From positions 1 to 41,659 of IMG/VR virus record IMGVR_UViG_3300032144_000026: DNA of 41,659 nt; one strand, 5' to 3'. Below, one piece after another: positions 16,129-23,658 of this stretch (position 1 is the first letter of the stretch; every line of letters begins with the position of its first letter). Source of the DNA: a virus. The translations under genes were made by a program, and so were the position numbers. The notes under the pieces were generated by a model. That model had not been told where the DNA came from. It saw only the letters and a list, made by a program, of their open reading frames with translations, and made no database searches.

Positions 16129-17949
16129 ATGGCCACTAAGGTCTACAACGTAAAGGCTCCAGATGGCTCCATCGTCAAGGTGCGTGGCCCAGAGGGGGCT
16201 AGCCCGGAGGAAGTCATCTCCCAAGCGAAGCGCCTCTTCGCCCAACGGGCTGCGCCTGCCCCGGAGCCAACACCAGAGCCAGCGGCCCCCTCTCCTGAAG
16301 AGGCTATGGCTGCTGACCAAGCCGCTCGTGGGACCACCCTGTCCACGCTTCTTGGCGACTACGCCGAGAACCTGCCAAAGATTACCCCAGCCACTCTGCT
16401 TGCCAAGGGGGCTGAGAAGCTTGCCCCAGACATGCTGTCTGGCTTGGGACAAACTGTGCAGGATACGCAGACTGGGTTTGGTCAGGGCGTGGGCAACGTC
16501 GTTGAAGGCATCCGTCAAGCTGCCAATAAGTTCATGGGCGACGACGAAGAACTGGCTCTGCTTAACCGTGATACCGAGATGCGTAAGGCCCGCCTCGCTG
16601 AGCTGACCAAGGCCAATCCGGGCTTTGCCGGTGCCGGTGAGATTGCTGGAGAAGCCGCCCCCGGCATGTTAACGGGCGGGGCGCTGGGGCAGGCTGTGGG
16701 CGGCCTCAAATGGCTTGCAAACCCCCTTGCACGCGTCCTGGCGGGCACTGGCGCTGGTGCTGCCAGCGGGTACAGCAGCGCTCTCACTCCAGAGCAAGAA
16801 CAGGCTGGCCAGCGTGGCAGCAACGTCCTGTCTGGTGCTATGTTCGGCGGTGCCGCTGGCGCCCTTGGTCCTATGCTGGAGCACTTCCCCGGCAACCTGA
16901 AACGCACCATGCAGAGCGTGCTGCCTGAAGATGCCGTGCCAGACTTCCTTAAGAAGACCACTGGTCTGACGGACGACACTGCCAAGACCTACGCCAACAT
17001 TCTCGGAAAGACTGATAAGGCCCGCGCTGGCGTGAAGCAAGAGGTGGACGCTGCGTACGACGCTGTGCTCAAGTCACCAGAGGCTCAGTTCGACATCCCC
17101 CTGCACGCTCTTGACCGGGTAAACGACGTCAGCCGTACCCCCGTCACAGAGGAGATTTTCAACGCCTCTGACGCCATTAAGAACGTCCTGGATACGTCGC
17201 GCTTGGCGCGGACCACCGAGGGGGTGGCCAACGAGCTTCCATTCCCTGTAGTGTCTCAGGCCATCAAGGACCTTAACGAGATCGCCACGGATCCAGCCCG
17301 CAAAGGCTCAGCCGCTGCTGATACTGCTGAGGCCTTGGCACGTGATCTGCGCACCCGCGTCAAACTGATCGGGGATATTGACCCAACCTCTAAGCCGGTC
17401 ATTGACGCGCACGAAGCTGCGCAGGAGCTTTACCGCACCAAGAAGGTTCCTATTGAGAGCGCCGGTCCAGGCGCCCCCGTAGGCTCTTGGGTAGAGGGGG
17501 GCAAAACTCAGAAAGACTTTGAGGACACATTCCTGTCGGACAAGTCTGGTATGCAATTGCAGGACTTGTTCTCGCGCATGCCTGAAACGGAGGGTGACGT
17601 CCGTAAACTGTGGGCAACCACTAAGTCCGGACTGCCAGAGTTCCACAGGGATCTGGCCCCCTCCACCACTCGTGATGTTATCTTCCAGAAGCCTGCAGAG
17701 CGTGAATACGCCAGCAAACTGTCCAAGGAACTCCGCCGCCGCGAGGAACGTGGGGACGACATCTTTAAGAAGATAGGCTACCGTATGTCTGGTCAGTACG
17801 GGCCTCTTCTTAATATGCTCTTGTCTGACAAGGCGGCGCGTGGTATTATGCCGTATGGCATAGATCCTAAGAACTTCACTGATGCTGACAAGATGGCCGC
17901 TGCTCTCAGAGCTTCTTCTCTGTTTAACGCGACTTCAGGAGACGAATAA
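16129..17949 (+). CDS. Large internal virion-like protein (606 aa)
   Basis: ORF in the structural operon immediately upstream of the tail fibre gene. No muralytic motif recognised. Confidence 0.7.
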   Translation: MATKVYNVKAPDGSIVKVRGPEGASPEEVISQAKRLFAQRAAPAPEPTPEPAAPSPEEAMAADQAARGTTLSTLLGDYAENLPKITPATLLAKGAEKLAPDMLSGLGQTVQDTQTGFGQGVGNVVEGIRQAANKFMGDDEELALLNRDTEMRKARLAELTKANPGFAGAGEIAGEAAPGMLTGGALGQAVGGLKWLANPLARVLAGTGAGAASGYSSALTPEQEQAGQRGSNVLSGAMFGGAAGALGPMLEHFPGNLKRTMQSVLPEDAVPDFLKKTTGLTDDTAKTYANILGKTDKARAGVKQEVDAAYDAVLKSPEAQFDIPLHALDRVNDVSRTPVTEEIFNASDAIKNVLDTSRLARTTEGVANELPFPVVSQAIKDLNEIATDPARKGSAAADTAEALARDLRTRVKLIGDIDPTSKPVIDAHEAAQELYRTKKVPIESAGPGAPVGSWVEGGKTQKDFEDTFLSDKSGMQLQDLFSRMPETEGDVRKLWATTKSGLPEFHRDLAPSTTRDVIFQKPAEREYASKLSKELRRREERGDDIFKKIGYRMSGQYGPLLNMLLSDKAARGIMPYGIDPKNFTDADKMAAALRASSLFNATSGDE

Positions 17950-20873
17950 TGGCTCGTAACGGTAGTGGGACATACATTCTGCCCCCAAGCAACCCGGTAG
18001 TTTCTGGCACCGTTATCGAGTCCGACTGGGCTAACGATACGATGTCCGACCTCGCGGCTGCTCTGTCGCAGAGTATTGCATACGACGGCCAAACCATCCC
18101 CATCGCCAACCTGCCGATGGGGGGCTTCCACCACACGAACGTCAGCGACCCAGCCATCCGCAACCAGTACGCCACTCTGGGCATGGTACAGGATGGTCGC
18201 CACCAGCGCGTGGAGAACCTGACTGGGGTGGACAACCTTGTCGGCACCCTCGTTGGTGGGGCGACTGCCTACACCGCTGGTCAACTCATCAGCTTCTTCG
18301 CTCCGGCGACCAACACTGGGTCTATGACCATCAACTTCAACGGCATCGGCGCCCGGTCGCTTACTGACCAAAACGGGCTGGCCCTGACCGCTGGTGAGAT
18401 CGCAGCTGGTGAGTTCGTGTTCGCAATCTACACTGGTACTGAGTTCCGACTCATTTCCTCTGTAGACGCCGCCGTGGCTGCGGACCTGTACAACCTCAGC
18501 ATCAGCGGACAAGTGCGGCCCCCAAGCGACGTCTACCCTGCCCTTACCATCGCCACTGGTACGACCGTAAACGTGCCCGCTGGCTCGGCGTGGATCGTCC
18601 CACCGGGCAACGATGTGGACGACGCGGTGCTGGTGACTTGGGCCAACCAAACCATCACCATGCAGTTCCTGTCCTCCTCCTTCACTACGTTCGTAATGGT
18701 GGATGAGACCGGCGCCATCCAACAAATCCCAGGTCGGGCTATAGGCGCCAACTTCCGCCACATGGCCGTCCTGGGGGTGGTAGAGCATATCACCGGTACT
18801 GTCAACAACGTCATCACCCGGCCGAGCATTTTCGGCGACGACGGCTACCGTAACCGCGACGCAGCAAGCCTGCTCGCCAATACTGTGATCAACGGGGCGC
18901 TTGTCACCCCCAACAGCGTGTCTACGCTGAACCTGGACGTAGCGCAGGGTACGATCTTCATTCCAGGCGGTACTGCCAACACGGTCGACAGCCCGAACAC
19001 CTTCAACGTGCCGCCACAGGCGAACATTCAGTTCCGTACCGTGGCCGGTCAAGCTTTGGTATCGGCTCTCACTGCCACGGTGCCGGTGGGCAGCTACGAT
19101 GCCAACGGCGCAGGCATTATCGCAGCTCTGCCTAGCCCAGGCGACGCTACCGTCCACCGCCTGTTCTACCTCTATGGGCAGTACCTCCTGGTCTACGGGC
19201 AACAAGTCTACAGCAGTGTAGAAAACGCCCTGTCCATGATTGCCTGGGACCGTACCAAGTTCAAGAAGTCCCTGTACTTGGCCGATGCTACCCTGCTCGC
19301 AGAGGTCATAGCCATCCGCACGGCCACCAACCTGAACCTCATTGGTCAGGGTGCGGTGGTCTGCCCCGGTGGCCTGAACTTCTCCATTGGTTCTCCAGGG
19401 GGCATCGCGGAAGCCCCCATTGATGGCTTCCCTTATGGTCGTCGTAATGCCGCGTGGTTCCAGGTACTGGGAGCAACCAGCCCAACCATCAACGTGGACG
19501 CTACCATCAGCGGCCCGGCGCCCAAGCTGAAGCAGGTCATGACTCCGTACGCGGCAGGCACCGTGTCCTATGGGGTCTACGCCGCTGCGAACAAGTGGTT
19601 TACGATTGAGACCGTAAACCCTGACGACAAGACTTACTTCCGCAGCTACAACCCTGGGACCGGAGCACTCCGCTTCACGACCACCTACGACCTCGCCAAT
19701 GGTGACTGGAGCATGCCGGCGAGCCTCGTGCTGGTCAACAACCTGCTCTTCACCGGGGCGTCGTCTCGCATCCGTGGGGACTTTAGTAGCTCGCCGGTCA
19801 ACCTCCGTACCATGTTCCAGTCCTCTGTGGCCAACGGCATCACCACCGTAAGCCTCATCCCAAACGGCACGAGCCCGTCGTCCGGGCTTGCCTGCTACGG
19901 CAACTCCGACGTCAATAACGCCCCGTTCGGCCTCTTGTCCATCAACAACAACCGCGCTGACGTCAGCTCCGGCGCGCTGGGCACTGGCACCGCGCTGCCG
20001 CTCACCATCAGCACGGGTGCTGCGGGCAACAGCGAGCGTATCCGCATCGAGGTGGATGGCCGCATCTCGCTCACGGGGGGTCCGGCTGCGCCGTGGGACA
20101 CCTCCATTGGCCGGTCTATCGACTTCGCCAACGGGTCCATCTACAACACCTCGTTTGTCAGTAACGCCTACTGGGACGGCGCGGTCTACAAGCGCCGTGC
20201 CTCTGGGCCGGCTGCTCTGTACCAGCAACTCACAGGGGAGCACGTATTCTTTGGCTGCGAAACGGGCTCGGCAGGGGCGACCGCCAACTTCGTATTGGCC
20301 AGCCCCATCCTGCGTATCCGTGGAAACGTAACTGATCCCGATCTGCGGAACGTGTGTGTCGGGGATAACAACTCTGGTGGCAAGCTCTTTGTAGGCTCCG
20401 ATCTGACCAAGCTCCCGGCTTTCCGCTGCCAAGGTAACACGGCGGGCGACCTCAACTTCCCGTGCGCGTTCGTCGCTAAGTACGACAACAACAGCACGAC
20501 GTCCCAAGCGTTCATGCGCTTTGCGATCAACAGCGGCACCATCGGGTCGGGGCAGATCGTCGCCAACGGCGCGCAAGCGTGCACCTTTGGCTCCACCTCC
20601 GATGTTAGGTTGAAGGAGAACATCGAGAACCTGCCCCCTCAACTGGACAACATCATGGCCCTGCGCCCGGTGGAGTTTGACTACAAGGAAGGCGGCCATA
20701 ACATCGGGTTCATCGCACAGGAAGTGCAGGAAATCTACCCCGATGTGGTCGCCCCACGAGAGGACGGCATGCTGATTCTGGCTGGCTGGAGTAAGACTGA
20801 GGCGGTCCTGGTCAAGGCATTGCAGGAGGCTGTCAAGCGCATTGAGGAGTTGGAGAAGAAGTTAGGAATGTAA
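17949..20873 (+). CDS. Tail fibre/spike with a C-terminal intramolecular chaperone domain
   Basis: The N-terminus MARNGSGTYILPPSNPVVSGTVIESDWAN is typical of podophage fibre anchors. The C-terminus SDVRLKENIENL...IGFIAQEVQEIYP matches the Peptidase_S74 signature. Confidence 0.85.
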   Translation: MARNGSGTYILPPSNPVVSGTVIESDWANDTMSDLAAALSQSIAYDGQTIPIANLPMGGFHHTNVSDPAIRNQYATLGMVQDGRHQRVENLTGVDNLVGTLVGGATAYTAGQLISFFAPATNTGSMTINFNGIGARSLTDQNGLALTAGEIAAGEFVFAIYTGTEFRLISSVDAAVAADLYNLSISGQVRPPSDVYPALTIATGTTVNVPAGSAWIVPPGNDVDDAVLVTWANQTITMQFLSSSFTTFVMVDETGAIQQIPGRAIGANFRHMAVLGVVEHITGTVNNVITRPSIFGDDGYRNRDAASLLANTVINGALVTPNSVSTLNLDVAQGTIFIPGGTANTVDSPNTFNVPPQANIQFRTVAGQALVSALTATVPVGSYDANGAGIIAALPSPGDATVHRLFYLYGQYLLVYGQQVYSSVENALSMIAWDRTKFKKSLYLADATLLAEVIAIRTATNLNLIGQGAVVCPGGLNFSIGSPGGIAEAPIDGFPYGRRNAAWFQVLGATSPTINVDATISGPAPKLKQVMTPYAAGTVSYGVYAAANKWFTIETVNPDDKTYFRSYNPGTGALRFTTTYDLANGDWSMPASLVLVNNLLFTGASSRIRGDFSSSPVNLRTMFQSSVANGITTVSLIPNGTSPSSGLACYGNSDVNNAPFGLLSINNNRADVSSGALGTGTALPLTISTGAAGNSERIRIEVDGRISLTGGPAAPWDTSIGRSIDFANGSIYNTSFVSNAYWDGAVYKRRASGPAALYQQLTGEHVFFGCETGSAGATANFVLASPILRIRGNVTDPDLRNVCVGDNNSGGKLFVGSDLTKLPAFRCQGNTAGDLNFPCAFVAKYDNNSTTSQAFMRFAINSGTIGSGQIVANGAQACTFGSTSDVRLKENIENLPPQLDNIMALRPVEFDYKEGGHNIGFIAQEVQEIYPDVVAPREDGMLILAGWSKTEAVLVKALQEAVKRIEELEKKLGM
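20598..20870 (+). other. Peptidase_S74-type autoproteolytic chaperone domain of the tail fibre
   Basis: S-DVRLKENI at the predicted cleavage serine, then IGFIAQEV and a terminal coiled coil EAVKRIEELEKKL. Confidence 0.75.
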
Positions 20874-20899
20874 AAGAAAGCCCCCTTACGGGGGCTTTT
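20872..20899. terminator. Bidirectional rho-independent terminator at the convergence of the two large operons
   Basis: aaaagaaa gccccc ttac gggggc tttt: a 6-bp GC stem flanked by an A-run and a T-run. Confidence 0.85.
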
Positions 20900-21014
20900 C
20901 ACGCCCGGAGCCCCCGCTGAGCTCGTGCCCGCAACTAGGACAGCGCTTGATGTTGACGGCGTAGTACCAGCGCCAGGAACAGAATGTACACTGCTTGATC
21001 CTATGGTTCACCAT
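20886..21014 (-). CDS. Possible 42-aa zinc-ribbon mini-protein
   Basis: MVNHRIKQCTFCSWRWYYAVNIKRCPSCGHELSGGSGREKPP (CxxC-x12-CxxC). Its ATG lies inside the last codons of the upstream ORF, and its stop lies within the terminator stem. Below the ORF-track size cutoff. Confidence 0.3.
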   Translation of the reverse strand: MVNHRIKQCTFCSWRWYYAVNIKRCPSCGHELSGGSGREKPP

Positions 21015-21174
21015 ACCACCCCATGATCATACCACCCAGGAACATCCCCCAACCCAAGAGGGTAAGCACTCTGTAGAGGTCCAGCTTCAGGTCTTGGACC
21101 TTGAGCTCCCTCCGCAGTAGCATGTTCTGAGTGTGGAGTTCTTCAACTTTCGAGTTGATATATTCGTTTGCCAT
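21001..21174 (-). CDS. 57-aa tail-anchored membrane protein (N-terminal coiled coil, C-terminal TM)
   Basis: MANEYINSKVEELHTQNMLLRRELKVQDLKLDLYRVLTLLGWGMFLGGMIMGWYGEP. AAGGTAGG lies 6 nt upstream. Below the ORF-track size cutoff. Confidence 0.5.
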   Translation of the reverse strand: MANEYINSKVEELHTQNMLLRRELKVQDLKLDLYRVLTLLGWGMFLGGMIMGWYGEP

Positions 21175-21256
21175 TGGTTGCCTACCTTGCGCCGGGTGGG
21201 TGCCGCGTTGCCCCCTGTGCGGCGCTGGAGAGGGGGCACTGGGCGCTTCTAATAAG

Positions 21257-21270
21257 TACCCTATAGGGTA
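21257..21270. promoter_or_regulatory. Perfect 14-bp palindrome TACCCTATAGGGTA
   Basis: Intergenic. It shares the CTATAG core with the intergenic motifs at 22801, 33141, 35619 and 35685. Confidence 0.5.
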
Positions 21271-21282
21271 GTAGCGGGTAGC

Positions 21283-21540
21283 CTAGTGCAGCGTGCTAGG
21301 CGCGTTGTGCGTAGGCACCTTCACTAAAGACTGGTTTCCAATCAAGTATTCTGCATGCAGGAACTCGCACAGAATATCGAGCTCTTGCAGGTTTTCGGTT
21401 ATAAAATCTATGCGGTCATGGTCCTTCAGGGGGTACGCGCTGTTAATGAAGACTGATTCTACAGCTTCGTACGGATTACGGCTCTGGTCGCAAATCTGTA
21501 CCATAACATCTATTTCGGCATCGCCGCGAAACTTAAACAT
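21283..21540 (-). CDS. Hypothetical protein (85 aa)
   Basis: ORF with GGAGGG 5 nt upstream of the ATG at 21540. The ORF-track start at 21552 is less likely. Confidence 0.7.
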   Translation of the reverse strand: MFKFRGDAEIDVMVQICDQSRNPYEAVESVFINSAYPLKDHDRIDFITENLQELDILCEFLHAEYLIGNQSLVKVPTHNAPSTLH

Positions 21541-21586
21541 GATACCCTCCAAGAAGAAAGGGGACCCGGAGGCCCCCTCTTACAGC

Positions 21587-22081
21587 TTAGAACAGGAAGA
21601 ACAGTCCAATTGGGAGCAATGACATTACAGTCGAGCCAACCGTCTTGGGCCATTTAGTGACATCTGCCGACGTATCGGCTGCCGTCACGTATTCCTCCAT
21701 AAGGCGCATGTGCCTTGCAGCAGTCTTCATGTCCCCACGTTGCACGTAGAACGTGTAGAGTTGCTGGTGCGCCTGCGCCTGTCGCAGCGCCACACACGTT
21801 GGCGATTCAATCGCCCCTGCCAAGGCACCCTGTGCTCCGGTGCCGCTGGCCCCTTCCTGGCACCCCGAGAGCATAATCGCTGCTGACGAGTTCATGGCAG
21901 GTTTCGGGATGTGCGTCGTGCTATGCTGGTTGAGGTACACAGAGGTATCCCCAACTTGGGCACCGGCAGAAGAGCCTGACATTGCCCCAGCACTGCTACC
22001 GGAGGTGGCCTGCGCCGACTGGTCGGCGAAAGCACCTGCGCTCATCGCCAGTACAAGGAGCGCTACCCCAGCCCGGATCAT
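21587..22081 (-). CDS. Secreted or periplasmic protein with an N-terminal signal peptide and a C-terminal hydrophobic anchor
   Basis: Signal peptide MIRAGVALLVLAMSAGAFA|DQ. There is a tandem SGSSAGA(M/Q) repeat and two Cys residues. The C-terminus is VMSLLPIGLFFLF. An ATGA overlap joins it to the upstream gene. Confidence 0.75.
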   Translation of the reverse strand: MIRAGVALLVLAMSAGAFADQSAQATSGSSAGAMSGSSAGAQVGDTSVYLNQHSTTHIPKPAMNSSAAIMLSGCQEGASGTGAQGALAGAIESPTCVALRQAQAHQQLYTFYVQRGDMKTAARHMRLMEEYVTAADTSADVTKWPKTVGSTVMSLLPIGLFFLF

Positions 22082-22464
22082 GGCAGCAGACCCAGGCCGA
22101 TGGTGCCGAAGTTGCCGTTCGCTACGGAACCGCTCAGGCCGCCACCACCGTATACGGACCCGCCTACGGCAGAGCCCAGGGAGCCAGTGTTCGCGTTACC
22201 GCCAGACAGCGAGAAGCTGTTCTGGGTAGCGGCGACGCCGTTGGGGGCTACGACCACTTGGGCCTCGCCACCGCTGACGGTTTGTGCGGCGCTGTTAGTG
22301 CCGACCAGACCGTTGCCAATGGAGGCGCTGCCCCCTTGGACGCCAGCGCTGGACAGGGAACCGCTACCGACTTGACCAGTGCCCCCGAACAGGTTGATGC
22401 TTGCTGCTTGGGCGCCTGCGGACAGGGTCAGGGCAACAGCAGCAGCGATAAGTGCTTTTTTCAT
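22078..22464 (-). CDS. Secreted Gly/Ser/Asn/Gln/Ala-rich protein (128 aa)
   Basis: Signal peptide MKKALIAAAVALTLSAGAQA|AS. The mature part has no Lys, Arg, Asp or His and a single Glu. AGGAG RBS. Confidence 0.75.
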   Translation of the reverse strand: MKKALIAAAVALTLSAGAQAASINLFGGTGQVGSGSLSSAGVQGGSASIGNGLVGTNSAAQTVSGGEAQVVVAPNGVAATQNSFSLSGGNANTGSLGSAVGGSVYGGGGLSGSVANGNFGTIGLGLLP

Positions 22465-22560
22465 TGGTGTAACTCCTAGCTAGGATTTAGGCCCCCGGCA
22501 GAATTGCCATTGGGGGACGCTTAACTGGTTGTACCAGTTGTACCGCTTGGGTACGGGGCC

Positions 22561-22590
22561 ATTATTGCGCACCTGTACCCGTCATTACAA
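22561..22590 (-). promoter_or_regulatory. Weak candidate promoter TTGTAA-N18-AATAAT
   Basis: The reverse complement of 22561..22590 gives this arrangement. It lies about 100 nt upstream of the secreted-protein gene. Confidence 0.25.
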
Positions 22591-22597
22591 CAACTAT

Positions 22598-22771
22598 TTA
22601 ACTCCCATTTACAAAAATTGCTACCATGAAGAGCAGAATCAAACTGATGAGCAGAGTGGTGAGCGTGGTGATCTTACCGCGGAGTTGTTGATTCTCGTAC
22701 TGCAGATCAGCCTTGTCACGCTCGGCCTTTCGGTACGCAAGTTGGAATCGCACATTTTCATTGTTATCCAT
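22598..22771 (-). CDS. 57-aa tail-anchored membrane protein (coiled coil plus C-terminal TM)
   Basis: MDNNENVRFQLAYRKAERDKADLQYENQQLRGKITTLTTLLISLILLFMVAIFVNGS. GGAGAG lies 5 nt upstream of the ATG at 22771. Same architecture and length as 21001..21174. Confidence 0.55.
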   Translation of the reverse strand: MDNNENVRFQLAYRKAERDKADLQYENQQLRGKITTLTTLLISLILLFMVAIFVNGS

Positions 22772-22831
22772 AGCTACTCTCCAGTGTGCCGGGGGTGGCA
22801 CCTATATAGTACCACCGCTGGCACTCTATTG

Positions 22832-23140
22832 CTACAGGGGGTTGTTGCGGATATGCTCTTCTACCAGAAGCAGGTAGCAGCGGAGATCACGTATGTCATC
22901 AATGATCCCTTCCTCATCAATCTTGCCCCCCTCAGAGCAGGCGGCGCCAAAGATGTTGAAGCCGTGTCCCGAGCACTGAGACTCAATGCGGTCCCATTTG
23001 CGGGCCAGCATCATGAAGGCTCCCACGCCCCCACGGCGGCGCCAGCTAGAGCCATACTCTGCATTCTTGATGATCAGGGTGGCGATGTCGTCGCTGGCGA
23101 TCCTGCGCACGCGGTCGTAGTCAGTTTCAACGTAGTTCAT
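22832..23140 (-). CDS. DUF1599/MazG-like all-alpha nucleotide-modification-associated protein
   Basis: KNAEYGSSWRRRGGVGAFMMLARKWDRIE matches my recollection of the DUF1599 pattern (K..dYG.sw...G..g....l..K..R). An ATGA overlap joins it to the HD gene. Confidence 0.55.
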   Translation of the reverse strand: MNYVETDYDRVRRIASDDIATLIIKNAEYGSSWRRRGGVGAFMMLARKWDRIESQCSGHGFNIFGAACSEGGKIDEEGIIDDIRDLRCYLLLVEEHIRNNPL

Positions 23141-23658
23141 TTCAAGTACCTCGAACGGAAGTCGGCAATTACGCACTCGGCCTCAAGCCGGTACAGGGGG
23201 TCATGCTCAATCAGGTTCTGGATATACCCGATGTAGCGCTCCCCCACGGGGATGATGTGGTGGTTCCCCATCTTCAACTCGTCCGTGCATTTCAGCAGGC
23301 CATCCAGGTTGTCTGCCAAATGGAGGAGGTGAAGCTCGGTTTCATCGATATTGGCATGGAGGTTGGGGTGGATGCGCTCGACAGCTTCGCATTCCCTCCG
23401 GTCAATCTCGATGCTTACTTGCACGGGCAGCGCCTTCTTGATCTGGCTTGGGATGTCCCCCACTGCAATCTCGCCCATGTCGTGGGTAAGCGCTGCCAGG
23501 ATCAGGTTGCGGCTGGCCTTGCCGTCTGTAAGGACCAAGATCAGGTTGACCACGTTGAAGCTATGCTCCGCCACGGTCTCCTCCTTGATGGTCCTGACGG
23601 CATGGAACCGCTTAACGATCCCAGCTTCGCGTGCTTGCTTGATGTTATTGAGAAGCAT
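23137..23658 (-). CDS. HD-domain (YfbR/DatZ-like) deoxynucleotide phosphohydrolase
   Basis: RFH...ETVAEHSFNVVNLILVL...ALTHDMGEIAVGDIPSQIKK carries the H, HD and D metal ligands. The start was refined to the ATG at 23658, which overlaps the ThyA-like stop by 14 nt. Confidence 0.7.
   Translation of the reverse strand: MLLNNIKQAREAGIVKRFHAVRTIKEETVAEHSFNVVNLILVLTDGKASRNLILAALTHDMGEIAVGDIPSQIKKALPVQVSIEIDRRECEAVERIHPNLHANIDETELHLLHLADNLDGLLKCTDELKMGNHHIIPVGERYIGYIQNLIEHDPLYRLEAECVIADFRSRYLK

Noticed and set aside
4019-16518. Other long antisense ORFs: 4019..5332, 11061..12548, 13204..14280 and 15550..16518, all on the minus strand.
   Set aside because: This is the same shadow-ORF effect opposite well-supported virion genes. 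No independent start signals or motifs were found.
17793-20699. A 968-aa ORF on the minus strand, antisense to the tail fibre gene.
   Set aside because: Its composition (Arg/Val/Gly/Asp/Ala-rich, no motifs) is typical of the shadow frame of a GC3-rich gene. The sense strand carries recognisable fibre N-terminal and S74 domains, an RBS and operon coupling. The antisense ORF has no RBS, promoter or operon context.
17949-20873. A diversity-generating retroelement targeting the tail fibre, as in BPP-1-type podophages.
   Set aside because: I found no reverse transcriptase ORF and no template repeat matching the fibre C-terminus.
22529-23236. A 235-aa plus-strand ORF.
   Set aside because: It is antisense to the DUF1599-like and HD genes and the small TM gene. 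It has a TTG start with no RBS and no motifs.
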